This document shows, one piece after another, positions 13,804 to 25,001 of a DNA stretch of 64,000 bases. Within the stretch, counting starts at the first letter, position 1, and each line of letters starts with the position of its first letter. The translations under genes were made by a program, and so were the position numbers. The notes below the pieces were generated by a model. The model saw only the letters and a list, made by a program, of their open reading frames with translations. It was not told where the DNA came from and did not search any database. Where the stretch lies: the sequence record MK250028.1. One strand, written 5' to 3'.

Positions 13804-15285
13804 ATGTTGTTAAGTGAAGTCTTATATATAGCAAAAAATATAAATAAATATAAATCTCTTAATGAATCACTTAAGTCTAATATATTATCTGATATATTTC
13901 ATAAGTTTGATTATTCTAATATAACTATTGAACCTGTTAATAAAAACTATTATATTGGTTATACTGATAAGGGCGTTTCATTTTTTGATGTCAAATTTGA
14001 ATATCAAAGGTTAGCAGAAAGAAATTAGTTAACACAAGATATGTGTGATACAGTGGAAGGAAGATAGAAAATTATTAATTGTGATTATAAAAAGAAAAAA
14101 CGTAAGAAATTATGGAATGGAACTTATGAAGATAATGGAATAATATATATGATTATGGAAGCTATCAAAAATAAGTCAACACATAAAATCGGTTTATCTG
14201 ATATAACAGATTCAGAATTAATAACTATATCACCAATAGACGCAAAGAAAAAAATATATAAAACCGGATTACAATTTTGGGTTGATTATGATAATAATCT
14301 TAGGGCTGTAGTAATAGATAATACAATAATATTATATATTTAGCAATTAAACCAATATAATTCATGGTTGAAACCAAATCCAGATTATCACGAGAAAACA
14401 GATTTCTCTACATTTGCTGATAATAGGAATGATGAGTATTTAGAAAATTTTATAAATAAAGCATTTATTAAAATACCAGTTTATAATATATTAACATCTA
14501 ATGTAGAATTAAAGAAAGAATTAGGTGCAAATAATGTTAAATCATTATAGAATGTTCCAGGAATATCAAAAGTATATGTGGTAAATACAGAAGGTATGGA
14601 AAATTCCAATATAGAGGAAAAACTAAAAACAAGAAGAGATTATAAAATATTTTTAGAGAGTCAAATAGATCTTAATAAGAAAAATATTGAAAGATATTAG
14701 AATGAATTAAAAATTAGGCGTTCGCAAGGTGTTGATTCTAAAATTATAAATAAGATTTATGATTTCCTTGATGTTTGTATGGATACAACAATAGAATTAT
14801 AGAATTTAGATAATGATGTATTGACAAATAAATCCGCCGATGATTTTATAGGAGATACCTATAGGCATTCTGCACCATTAGATTATGTATATTCATCTGC
14901 TTTAAAACGAATATATCCAGATAGAAGTTTTTTTGATTCAAAAGTAAGAAATATGTATGGTAGAGGAACACATATGGAAACTAATTGGTCTTTTAATTCT
15001 ATAGGAGATTGCTTGGTTGTGGCTAATTTAAAAGTTGAAAAATGTATAGAATATTCATAGTCTATAATTGATAGATATGACAAATATAATAATATAAAGA
15101 ATAAAGCTGATATTTCTTAGGATGAAATATTATATGAGTTGAATATATTAAAATCAAAGTATAAAGAATTAGAAGATTTTCTATCTTATAACTCATCTGT
15201 ATATAATGAAATAAGAAGGCAATTAGATAAAGCTAATATAGATCTTGATAAGATAATGACAAAAATAGATAATTTTCAATTTTAA
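13804..15285 (+). CDS. TAG-recoded 493-aa hypothetical protein, possible internal head protein
   Basis: Fragments 13804-14028, 14149-14343, 14368-14550 and 14821-15060 are in frame and joined by TAG, ending at TAA 15285. N-terminal LNES motif. AATAAATA sits in the loop of the upstream hairpin (about 13753-13791). Confidence 0.75.
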
Positions 15286-15321
15286 TATAATAAAGGGATA
15301 AGAAATAAATCTTACCCCTTT

Positions 15322-15537
15322 TTATTTTTTATAAACAATTAAAGGTAATTGTTGAATACCGTTGAATGAATGTTGTACAGGAGGTTTTGAATAAATTTTC
15401 TTATTCTTATTTTTTGATTTCTTTCCTATACCACCATTAAATCTATCACCAGAACCAAAAGTTCCCATACCAGCAGGAACTGGATCACCTATTCCTATTG
15501 TATTCATAGGCGTATTATAAACTACTCCTTCACACAT
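15322..15537 (-). CDS. Small hypothetical protein
   Basis: 71-aa track ORF directly downstream of the tail-tube-like gene, with a Gly/Pro-rich N-terminus and a basic C-terminus. Confidence 0.55.
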   Translation of the reverse strand: MCEGVVYNTPMNTIGIGDPVPAGMGTFGSGDRFNGGIGKKSKNKNKKIYSKPPVQHSFNGIQQLPLIVYKK

Positions 15538-15539
15538 AA

Positions 15540-16295
15540 TTATCTTAAACCATTGTTATTTTTAGGTAATGAAACTCCTATACCATTAGGTGCTCTTCTA
15601 GATAAAGACTATAAAGCATTTATTTTATGTTTAACTGAAATACCAGGATGCTACTTACTTTCATATTTAGGACTATCTAAATCTAAGTATTCACTGTTTC
15701 CATCCTTATATGGATCATATTCCTTAGATATTAATTCTCTTTCACCATTAGCATTTCTTATATATACATCATAATAGTTATAAACAAAAGACCATGTAAA
15801 TGTATTGAATGTACCCATCCTGGCTGCATAAGACATTGATAAGTCTCCTATACTTGTTGGTGTTAACTATTGATAACAATAACTAACAGTTTCAAATCCA
15901 CCATCATCCAATAAGGAAACAGTTATATTAGGTAGATATAAAGGTGTTAACTATCCTAACCTTAAATATAAATCATATTGATGTCTAGCGACAAAATAAC
16001 TAATATAACTTTCTGCAGTTTTAACAGTCAATGTTAATGTTTTCTCTAATAACATGTCTTCCTATTTACCTGGACGTTTCTATATTTTATATTCTCTTCC
16101 TTGCTATATAACAGAACCTGAATTTAAGCCTGGAAAATTAATTGATGCAATCTAAGCGTTAAAGAAATCTTCCAATGTTACATAAGGTAAATACATCCTA
16201 TTTAATATTGGCATCCACTTTTCTGTAACATCTGGATAAAACCAATTGAAATCCAATGCTATTACGAAATTTTGATCTAGATTATTTAATAACAT
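15540..16295 (-). CDS. TAG-recoded 251-aa protein, possible T4 gp19/gp54-like tail tube or baseplate fold
   Basis: ATG 16295 (MLLNNLDQNF) to TAA 15540. Segments ASINFPGL, TLTLTVK and SMSYAARMGTFNTFTWSFVYNYY resemble the tail-tube family pattern. Confidence 0.55.
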
Positions 16296-16362
16296 TTTTA
16301 ATTAAACTATATGATTGTTTGTATATTTATTGAAGATTATTTTTTATTTTCAAATATTTTAT

Positions 16363-16371
16363 GTATCTTTG
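16363..16371 (+). promoter_or_regulatory. Bacteroidota sigma-A type -7 box GTATCTTTG (early promoter); further copies at 17915, 21304, 41014, 45432, 47881, 51737 and 52313
   Basis: The identical 9-mer matches the TAnnTTTG consensus. All eight copies are intergenic and lie just upstream of + strand genes without in-frame TAG. Confidence 0.8.
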
Positions 16372-16611
16372 TGTTGTTAATAAAAAAAATATTGAACACT
16401 TAAAATAATAAAATTATGGATATTACATTATATAAAGTAAAAACAGATAGAGGTTTTTTCATAGTGAATGCAATTAATGAATTTAAAGCACGGTCACTTA
16501 TGGCGAAGAACGGTGAATATGTTCATACATGTGACAAAATCATAATTAAAGAAAATGATATTATACCATATAATTTATTTTAATCATGTATTAAATATTA
16601 AATTATGTATT

Positions 16612-16791
16612 ATGAGTAAAAAGAAAACGTATTCAGAGAAAGTAAAAGATTTATGTGATAAATTTTGGAATGATTATCAAGTTACATGTGATATAGAATT
16701 TGTTGATAGAACAATAAAATATTATATTGGAAGATTTAAAGCTATCGCAAGGTCTGCAGATAAAGAAATAGAAAAGTTATCTCAAAAATAA
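16612..16791 (+). CDS. Small hypothetical protein
   Basis: Track ORF 16555-16791; ATG 16612 (MSKKKTYSEK) is the likelier start. Confidence 0.55.
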   Translation: MSKKKTYSEKVKDLCDKFWNDYQVTCDIEFVDRTIKYYIGRFKAIARSADKEIEKLSQK

Positions 16792-16891
16792 AACTTTTTA
16801 TATATTTAATGTATAATACAAATATAATAGTTAACTGAGTTAATAATCCTCTAATAAAATTAACTTAATTAATAAAGAAAGGAATATTACT

Positions 16892-17737
16892 ATGGGTAAG
16901 CAAAAAAGAAGTGAAAATACGTATCAGAAGATTAATACAATCTTTAAGAGAGATGCGAATAATGTAATTATGCCTTATGATGAGTTTGCACTTCCCGAAT
17001 TGGAATGGATGCGAAATTGTAAGTTTGATGCAGAATCTAAAATCGATGGTACTAATACTCGTATTGAGGTAACTCGTGAATTTATTACATCTGATATTGG
17101 TAATAATGAAGGTATTAGATGGAGTGTTGCATATAAGGGTAAAACTGATAATGCACAAATTCCAAAGATGTTGTATACTTATCTTACTACTGTTCTTACA
17201 GAAGATAAAGTTCTTAATTCACTAGGACTTACAAAAGAGATGTATGTCAATGATGAGTTGATGAAAGAAAAAGGGTGGTCTGTATTGAATGAACAGTTTA
17301 ATGTATATGAATTGGATGAAACAAAGATTCCTAAGAGATATACATTGTATGGTGAAGGTTACGGAAATGGAATACAGTCTGGTGGATACTACAGACAAGA
17401 TAATTCTTTTATCGGATTTGATGTAAAAGTTGATGATATGTATCTCCTTCGAGAAAATCGTGATGAGATCTTTAATAAATTAGGTGTTGATATTGTTCCA
17501 TTTGTAGGACAACTTACTATTGACGAAGCAATTGAAATGGTAAAGAAAGGATTTAGATCTAAAATTGCAAAAGATGATCATCTTGAAGAAGGATTGGTTC
17601 TTCGTACACCTATGGGTTTGAAGAATCGTAGAGGTGAAAGAATTATATTTAAAATTAAAACATGTGATTTCCAGAAATATTTTTCAAAGTATGGAACATA
17701 TGATAAGGTAGATCAACCAAAGAATGAAAACTTTTAA
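16892..17737 (+). CDS. RNA ligase (Rnl2-like nucleotidyltransferase)
   Basis: Motif I SKIDGTN, III LYGEGYG, IIIa FIGFDV, IV EEGLVLR, V IIFKIK. No in-frame TAG. Confidence 0.8.
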   Translation: MGKQKRSENTYQKINTIFKRDANNVIMPYDEFALPELEWMRNCKFDAESKIDGTNTRIEVTREFITSDIGNNEGIRWSVAYKGKTDNAQIPKMLYTYLTTVLTEDKVLNSLGLTKEMYVNDELMKEKGWSVLNEQFNVYELDETKIPKRYTLYGEGYGNGIQSGGYYRQDNSFIGFDVKVDDMYLLRENRDEIFNKLGVDIVPFVGQLTIDEAIEMVKKGFRSKIAKDDHLEEGLVLRTPMGLKNRRGERIIFKIKTCDFQKYFSKYGTYDKVDQPKNENF

Positions 17738-17970
17738 TATATGATAGAAATTATTGAAATATGGTTTCCTATTATTGCATTTATTGCATGTTCATATTTA
17801 ATATATATGGATAGAAAACATTTTAAGAAAGTTGAAAAAGAATTAGATAAAATAGAAAAAGATATTCATCATGAATAATTTTTTGATTTTATTTTTTTGT
17901 TTGAAATAAAATATGTATCTTTGTATTGTTAATAAAAATAATATTAATTAATTTTTAAATAATAAAAAAT

Positions 17971-18441
17971 ATGATTACACGTAAGGAACTTGTTGCTAAG
18001 TACAAGATTGCAGTTAAGCGAGTAAATGAGTTGGAGAACAAGAAGTATGAGTATAAGACTAATCGACCATGTGCTCCATTTGGTAATGTGAAGAATATGA
18101 ATATTCCTGACATTATTAGAGCTGGCGCAAATGTGCATGATAGTGATGCTAATGTAACAGAGCGTATTAAGCAGTATGGTATTTTTCCAGAGGATTTGAA
18201 GAATGCAAATGATCATTTGTATGAGGGATTTGCAATTTCTACATGGGACCACGATTTTAAACTTCGTGTAGAGCAAATTCACGATGAGAAGAAGTTGAAG
18301 ACATATAAGGAAGTAATGAATAAGTTGTCTGCTAACTTTACTGATGAGGATCGCTTCATGATTGAGATGGGTGAGATTGATGCACTTGACATCGATTTGG
18401 ATGATGATGCACCATCAGATGAAGTAAAGTCTGAAGAGTAA
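17971..18441 (+). CDS. Hypothetical early protein
   Basis: 156-aa ORF behind the GTATCTTTG box at 17915, with an acidic C-terminus. Confidence 0.75.
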   Translation: MITRKELVAKYKIAVKRVNELENKKYEYKTNRPCAPFGNVKNMNIPDIIRAGANVHDSDANVTERIKQYGIFPEDLKNANDHLYEGFAISTWDHDFKLRVEQIHDEKKLKTYKEVMNKLSANFTDEDRFMIEMGEIDALDIDLDDDAPSDEVKSEE

Positions 18442-18535
18442 TATTTGTTACTTAAACAAATATATGTATGGTTAATACTTAACCCAATGTGGTTGGGTAT
18501 TAACCATTTTTCATTTTTAATTAAATTAAACTAAT

Positions 18536-18835
18536 ATGGATGAATTTTTAAAACAACTCATATCTAAATATAAACCAAAGTTTTCTCGTGATAAACTTTT
18601 TGGTGGATATGATATTGATGTATATGATAGAGATCAGATAAAGCACGAAACAATTAATTATTTAAATGAACATTTTCAAAATCCTGATATAAAAAGTGAA
18701 GAGTATCATGATTATTATAAGAAAATGTTAATAATTAAAGAGTTCGCAGAAACATTTGAAACATATTTTGCAAATTTAAGTTTTAGATTACCAGTACCAT
18801 CAGGTACAGAAGTTTATTGTTCACAACGAGATTAA
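18536..18835 (+). CDS. Hypothetical protein
   Basis: 99-aa ORF in a tightly packed operon. Confidence 0.7.
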   Translation: MDEFLKQLISKYKPKFSRDKLFGGYDIDVYDRDQIKHETINYLNEHFQNPDIKSEEYHDYYKKMLIIKEFAETFETYFANLSFRLPVPSGTEVYCSQRD

Positions 18836-18838
18836 TAT

Positions 18839-19237
18839 ATGAATAGTTTTATTAAGTTAGATAATGGAATAGTTCTTAATATTTCACAAATAGAAACATT
18901 CGGACCAATTTGGCCATTTGACTTACTAGAGTTCGATGATTCACAACCTATAGGTGATAATATTGGCGATTCTGTTAAACGTTTATTTCAAGATAAAGAA
19001 CATAATAATATTGCAAAAGAAATGGTTAGAACTTCATTTGCTACACCATTAAATTGCAATGATAATATGAGAAAATACGGTGAAGGCAAAATACTTAATT
19101 ATACGGTTCTCTTAAAATCTGGTCATAAGTTTTTTATTACTGAAGCAGAATATAATAATATTTTGGAAGTTATGAATTTATCTGCAAATAATGTATATTC
19201 TAATGTAGATAAAAAGTATACTAAATTTGATTTTTAA
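18839..19237 (+). CDS. Hypothetical protein
   Basis: 132-aa ORF, 3 nt after the previous stop. Confidence 0.7.
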   Translation: MNSFIKLDNGIVLNISQIETFGPIWPFDLLEFDDSQPIGDNIGDSVKRLFQDKEHNNIAKEMVRTSFATPLNCNDNMRKYGEGKILNYTVLLKSGHKFFITEAEYNNILEVMNLSANNVYSNVDKKYTKFDF

Positions 19238-19239
19238 TT

Positions 19240-19856
19240 ATGAATTTTGAATACGAAACAACATGTTATAAATTTACAGACAATGATACATATGTCTCTA
19301 TTGATGATATATTGGATGAGATTGATAAGCATGCTATAAAAATAGGTTGTAGTACTAATAGACCAAAATCCGCAAATGAAATTATAAATGATAATTTGAA
19401 ACAATGGAATAATTTTGAGCCTTATTCAAATACATTTAGAAAGAAACATATTTGTTGGTTTCCTGTATATATACAAATTGGTTTAGATAAAGATCTTGCT
19501 GATTATTTTGTATTGAAAGATATTAGTAATGATTATCATAGAGCAATTTATTATAAGATTTCGGGTGAATATGCGTTTACATTGTGTTATGATGGTTATA
19601 TATATATAAGAGAGAATCGTTCTCAGATTATTGTGATTATCTTCCATGTTATGTATTACCGTGTACAGCAAAAGATGTATTAGCACATAATTCATGTTGT
19701 AAGTTAAAAGATACTGCATTATTGCTGAAGGAAATTTGGGAAGATGTAAAAAAGAACTATTCTGATGCAATTGAGCAAAACATATGGTTTGAAAATGGTT
19801 ATTACTACCATACAGAACATTATATAAAAAATAAGTTTATTCATTTTGATTTTTAA
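19240..19856 (+). pseudogene. Hypothetical gene frameshifted at a (TA)6 tract (19597-19608)
   Basis: Removing one TA unit joins ORF 19240 to a second open frame that ends ...KNKFIHFDF-TAA at 19856, 8 nt before the next gene. Confidence 0.6.
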
Positions 19857-19864
19857 TTTATTAT

Positions 19865-21247
19865 ATGTCAAAACAATACGATAAATTTAATTTGGAAGTT
19901 GAACAAGATCCACTTGTTCAACTTCATAAAACTGATTATAATAATTATAGTGATTTGTCACATTTTGTAGATGAATACTATAAAGCGCAAGCACTTATAA
20001 AGGAATGTGGTAATTTTTATAAATCTTTTCTTTTAAGTAAACTTTTAACCTATTCTAAACTTACAAATACTTCATACAAAGAAAATGAATATAATTTTTT
20101 TAATATTCATATAACAGGAATACCATATAAAGCTGAAACATATTGTCTATATGATATGTTTGATGATTTGGATAATGATTATAAAGGGTATTATAATTAT
20201 AAGTCATTGAAAGGATATGAAAAACTTGCATATTCACGTGCAGTATTTAAGTTTAAGGAATTTTGTGATAATTCTAAAGATAAGTTATTTACTATAAGAA
20301 TTGAATGTAACAGAACTTCATATTTTCCAGGAGATAAAGATAAAGAAACAAATTATTATTTTACATTTAATGATTATATTTTTAAATCATGTATGTGTGA
20401 ACATTATATTTCATCATATAGTTCTATAACATATAATAATAAGTATGATGAGGTAAATAATAAAGATCTTCAATCTAAATTAAAAAAACTGGTTGATAAA
20501 GAAAAGAAATCTTTATATGATTATATGAAAGAACTTGATTTTTTATATAAAAAAGAATTTGATACATTCTATAAAGATGAATTAAAAAAATTATTTAAAA
20601 CTATAAATGTTCCTATTATTTATATAAATATCGATAATGATTTAAAGGATTGTGCATATGCGTCATATAATTCATATAAGAAAAAAGTTAAATCAAAAGA
20701 TATAGATAAAGATATTAAAGAACTTACAGAAAAGTATAATAATGATGGTGAGCGAACATCATTATATTTAAGTGAAATATTATCTGATGATGAAATTGAT
20801 AATATGTTTGATTCTTTTGAATATAAAGGTTGGTATAGTATGTATGATTGGATCTTGAAATATATTAATGATAATTATTATAATAAGATTATTGAACTTG
20901 TAAAACGTAATATTGCAGATTCTACATATGCATATAGAACTATTATAAGAACATGTTCAGAATATAATAATAATCAAAAATTATATATTATAGGTAAACA
21001 TAATGAATCACATTATTTTTGTAATCAAAATGATGTAGATAAAATTAAAATAGAACTTATAGAAAGAGAATTAGTATGTACATATATAAAAGTTAATAAA
21101 CATCTTAAATACAGTTGGCCTTCGAATGCACCAACTGTTGTAAATGAATTGACGCGAACAGTTAAGTTTAATGTAGATACAAATTCTGTAAGTTCTTTTA
21201 AAGAATCAACAGATACATATGAAATAGCAAATAAAGATAGATATTAA
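19865..21247 (+). CDS. Hypothetical protein (460 aa)
   Basis: Long standard-code ORF, followed by a terminator hairpin (ATCTGTTACCTAA...TTAGGTAACAGAT-T tract). Confidence 0.8.
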   Translation: MSKQYDKFNLEVEQDPLVQLHKTDYNNYSDLSHFVDEYYKAQALIKECGNFYKSFLLSKLLTYSKLTNTSYKENEYNFFNIHITGIPYKAETYCLYDMFDDLDNDYKGYYNYKSLKGYEKLAYSRAVFKFKEFCDNSKDKLFTIRIECNRTSYFPGDKDKETNYYFTFNDYIFKSCMCEHYISSYSSITYNNKYDEVNNKDLQSKLKKLVDKEKKSLYDYMKELDFLYKKEFDTFYKDELKKLFKTINVPIIYINIDNDLKDCAYASYNSYKKKVKSKDIDKDIKELTEKYNNDGERTSLYLSEILSDDEIDNMFDSFEYKGWYSMYDWILKYINDNYYNKIIELVKRNIADSTYAYRTIIRTCSEYNNNQKLYIIGKHNESHYFCNQNDVDKIKIELIERELVCTYIKVNKHLKYSWPSNAPTVVNELTRTVKFNVDTNSVSSFKESTDTYEIANKDRY

Positions 21248-21351
21248 AATTAATCTGTTACCTAAGTTTTAGGTAACAGATTTTTTTATTTAAAATATTT
21301 GATGTATCTTTGTAATATAATAAATAAGTTAGATAATTAAAAAATAAAATT

Positions 21352-21558
21352 ATGATTAAATATATTTTTGCGTTTGTAATGTTCCTTATGGTATTTGGAA
21401 TTATCTGTTTGCCATTTTATGTAATTTATCAAGGATTCGTATTGGTTGCATCTGGTTCACTATGGGGAATTCTTTCTGTTGCCGTAGGATTGATTATACT
21501 TAGGTTGTTTAAACCTATTTCAAATTTGTATGAAAATAAAGATTTTAAAATATTTTAA
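21352..21558 (+). CDS. Small membrane protein
   Basis: Two hydrophobic stretches; lies behind the early promoter box at 21304. Confidence 0.65.
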   Translation: MIKYIFAFVMFLMVFGIICLPFYVIYQGFVLVASGSLWGILSVAVGLIILRLFKPISNLYENKDFKIF

Positions 21559-21561
21559 CAT

Positions 21562-21981
21562 ATGGTTTACATTGATATTAAAACAGTTTCATATAATGAA
21601 CTTAAGAATTTGATTAATTCAGAAGCATTTATGTTTGATAATGAAAATGATTCAAATGTAAATCTTACTAAATTGATTCAACCGATGTTTATTAAAATTA
21701 TGTGCAGAGATACATTACGTATTAACGCATATAAGGATAATATTGGTAAAGTTCATATTATGAATGGAGAGAATGAATTTTCAGCTATTAATGAATTGAT
21801 AAGTGGAAATATTTGTATTACAGATTTTCCTGAATCATTTAAGCAGTTCAATAATCTTCCATATAATGAATGGCATTCATATAATAAGAAACAAATAGAG
21901 ATTACACCTGTATTTGAACTTCATATTTTGGAATGTCCTAATGAAGATGAAAAACAGTTTTATTTAAATATGATTAAATAA
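21562..21981 (+). CDS. Hypothetical protein
   Basis: 139-aa ORF in operon spacing. Confidence 0.7.
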   Translation: MVYIDIKTVSYNELKNLINSEAFMFDNENDSNVNLTKLIQPMFIKIMCRDTLRINAYKDNIGKVHIMNGENEFSAINELISGNICITDFPESFKQFNNLPYNEWHSYNKKQIEITPVFELHILECPNEDEKQFYLNMIK

Positions 21982-22043
21982 ACATTTTTATTGTTCTTCA
22001 TTATAAATAGTTGTGAAAGATTAAAATAAAATAATTAATAACT

Positions 22044-22592
22044 ATGGACGATCAGAAACAATATATACAGGATGATAATGAGAATGTATATAAGGTTATG
22101 CCAACTCATTATCTTAAATTATCTCCATGGAATGATGGTGAGGATCGTCGTGTAATGGAGAAAGATATAAATGGATATAAGTATATATCATATAAAAACG
22201 CATGTATGATTATTAATAATCAATTTGCGAATAAGACAGAAAAATGGACACATAATGGTAAGGAGTACATTGCATCAAAAATAAATGAAGATAAATCTGT
22301 AGATGAATATACAGCTTTAATCAGTATGCTACCAAACCATAAAGCTATCCTTCATGATAGCAAGAATCTCATGAAACATTTTAAAGATGAAATGTCTCTT
22401 ACAATTACATCTGAGGATAATAGTACAGAATTGAAAATGGTTAAACATAAGGGAAAGATTTATTATATTCTTCTTTTAAATAAACCATGTTCTCGAGTAA
22501 AAGCATATAATCTTTTTGGAGAATTTGTTCAATGGGTAGGAATTAAAGATTGCAAACCTATTTTTTGTGAAACAACTAAAAAATATATTTAA
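22044..22592 (+). CDS. Hypothetical protein
   Basis: 182-aa ORF with TATAAATA at 22002-22009 upstream. Confidence 0.7.
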   Translation: MDDQKQYIQDDNENVYKVMPTHYLKLSPWNDGEDRRVMEKDINGYKYISYKNACMIINNQFANKTEKWTHNGKEYIASKINEDKSVDEYTALISMLPNHKAILHDSKNLMKHFKDEMSLTITSEDNSTELKMVKHKGKIYYILLLNKPCSRVKAYNLFGEFVQWVGIKDCKPIFCETTKKYI

Positions 22593-22594
22593 TT

Positions 22595-23080
22595 ATGAAA
22601 TTACATAACGGCATTTATCATACAAGAAATTCATATAGTAAAGACTGTAAATTTTGGAAAGAAAAGTGTATTCCTTATATTGAATGGTATAAGAAACATC
22701 GACTTAGAAATATTCAATTGAGAGAACATAGAATTCCAGATGATTATGATAAGAGAGATGTTATGTCTCATCTTATGCATTGTTATACAGATTTATATAT
22801 GCAATCACATATTGGACGTGTAAAGAAATCTGTTATACGAAAAATATTTAATTATTGGTATAAACAACCGGGCGCATATCTTAAGAATGATGAATATCTT
22901 AATTATGATATTTTAACACCATATCCTATGTATACAGGAGATAGAGATGATGTTAGATTCCCTGTAGGTGAACCGGGTTGTTTTATTCTCTATATTACAT
23001 TATTTAAAAGAAATAAGAATGCTCTTACGAAGAAACAACAAAAATTATTGAATGAACTTCATTCATATAGAGAAAAATAA
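22595..23080 (+). CDS. Hypothetical protein
   Basis: 161-aa ORF in operon spacing. Confidence 0.7.
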   Translation: MKLHNGIYHTRNSYSKDCKFWKEKCIPYIEWYKKHRLRNIQLREHRIPDDYDKRDVMSHLMHCYTDLYMQSHIGRVKKSVIRKIFNYWYKQPGAYLKNDEYLNYDILTPYPMYTGDRDDVRFPVGEPGCFILYITLFKRNKNALTKKQQKLLNELHSYREK

Positions 23081-23101
23081 ATAATTAAAAATAAATTTAT
23101 T

Positions 23102-23956
23102 ATGAATAATTTTGATGATGCAATAAAAAAGAAATTATTAGAAGATGTTAATAATTTCAATGATATAATTTATAATAGAAAGACTATTAATGAAAGTTCT
23201 ATTAATAGAATGTTTTATTGGATTAATACATGTGATTGCGCATTTATTACTGCATTTAGATATGAATTAACAAATGTAGTAAATCCTGATAAAACATATT
23301 ACGGACCTAATAATGATTGGAAAGATAAAAAGATATTCACTCATGAAGAGAATCGCATGAAGAATAAATTGCTTTATGGTGAATTACTTAAATTAAAATA
23401 TGGTGTTATCAAGGTAAAAGGTGTATATCCAGAAGGTATGGATAAAGAATCATCTGAAGAAAGTTATTTAGTTGTAAATAGATTTAATGATCTTGAATTT
23501 TTAAATAATATTTTAAGATTAGGAGAATTTTATAATCAAGACTCTATCTATTATAAGCCGAAGAATAAAACATATGGTTATCTTATAGGCACGAATAATG
23601 CATACCCAGGTTATCATAAGAAAGGAGATGAAAGTACATTAAAATTAGGTACTGCTTCAAATTTTATGTCACGACTTGGAAATAAAGCATTCTCATTTAT
23701 TCCAAAAAATGCTATTAAATTTAATAATAAAGAAGATGCAGTAAATACAGAATCTGAATATCAAAAGTATTGGACAGATTATTCAGGAACGTCATTTAAA
23801 GATAGAAAAAAGAACAGAACAATAAATCCTAAATTACAAGAAGCTTTAGAATTTTGGAGAACTAATTTAGGTGGTATTGATATTATTGAAAAAATGCATC
23901 CAAAAACAAGATTATGTATGTTTAGTTTTTTAAGAGAAAATTTAAATAATGAATAA
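23102..23956 (+). CDS. Conserved T4-like phage protein (gp30.3-like)
   Basis: Pattern FITAFR...N..KN..L...L....YGVIKVKGVYPE...EESYLV...LG..YNQDSI, recognised from T4 30.3-like proteins. N-terminal INESS. Confidence 0.5.
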   Translation: MNNFDDAIKKKLLEDVNNFNDIIYNRKTINESSINRMFYWINTCDCAFITAFRYELTNVVNPDKTYYGPNNDWKDKKIFTHEENRMKNKLLYGELLKLKYGVIKVKGVYPEGMDKESSEESYLVVNRFNDLEFLNNILRLGEFYNQDSIYYKPKNKTYGYLIGTNNAYPGYHKKGDESTLKLGTASNFMSRLGNKAFSFIPKNAIKFNNKEDAVNTESEYQKYWTDYSGTSFKDRKKNRTINPKLQEALEFWRTNLGGIDIIEKMHPKTRLCMFSFLRENLNNE

Positions 23957-24959
23957 TAAAGATAATTAGATAATTTCAAAATATATAGAAAATAATTCTA
24001 TTAAAAAGAATTGTCAATATTGGAATCATATAGATACAGATGATCAAATTTATATTAAAGATAAATTTAAACATATCAAAGATATAAAATTATCAGAATG
24101 TCTCTATATGATTCTTCATCATTTAGATAATAGGCCAATTTGTCCTATATGTCATAAAGAAATAAAACTAGAAAGATTCTCATTAGGATACAAAACATTT
24201 TGCTCTAATACATGTAAATATTCAGATAAAGGAAAACAACTTATTCATGAAAAACAAAAGGAGACATGTTTAGAAAAATATGGAGTTAATAATCCAATGA
24301 AAGATATTTCTATCAAAAATAAATCTATATCTAAATGTAAAGAAACAAATAAACGAAAATACAATGTTGAATATAATTTTCAACGTGAAGATATAAGAAA
24401 ACAAATTATTCAAACAGTAAAAAATAAAACCGGTTATGAATATGCGTTTTTAAATAAAGAAAAAGTATTATATACATTACATAATAAATATGGCTCTGGT
24501 ATAGATAATGTATTTCAATTAGATAGCATTAAAGATAAATCGAATAAAACAAAAGAATTAAATAATAGTTTTAATACTTCTAAATATGAAGATTTAACAT
24601 ATGAAATATTAAGAGAACATTATAGTAATGTAATAAGACAATTTAAATCAGAATTATATCCATTTAATTGTGATTTTTATATTGTAGATAAAGATACATA
24701 TATAGAAATAAATGCAAGTTGGACACATGGCAAACATCCATTTAATGAGGATGATTTAAATGATGTTAAACTTTATAATGAATGGATGAATAAATCAGAC
24801 TATTATAAGAATTCTGCTTATAATTGGAGATTTAGAGATACAAAGAAAAGGAATATTGCAAAAGAAAATAATTTAAGATATTTTGAAATATTCCCTATAA
24901 ATATAGAAGATTTAAAAAATAAATTGAAAAAAATTATTCAAAAAATAGACAATTTATAA
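23949..24959 (+). CDS. Free-standing homing-endonuclease-like protein with a TAG at codon 7
   Basis: ATG 23949 overlaps the upstream stop and is in frame with track ORF 24108-24959. CPICH...FCSNTC zinc motif, basic repeats, and a C-terminal CDFYI...IEIN..WTHG nuclease-like motif. Confidence 0.7.
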
Positions 24960-25001
24960 AATTTCTTCTATAAATAGATAGAATAAAGAAAATTAGGAAT
25001 A

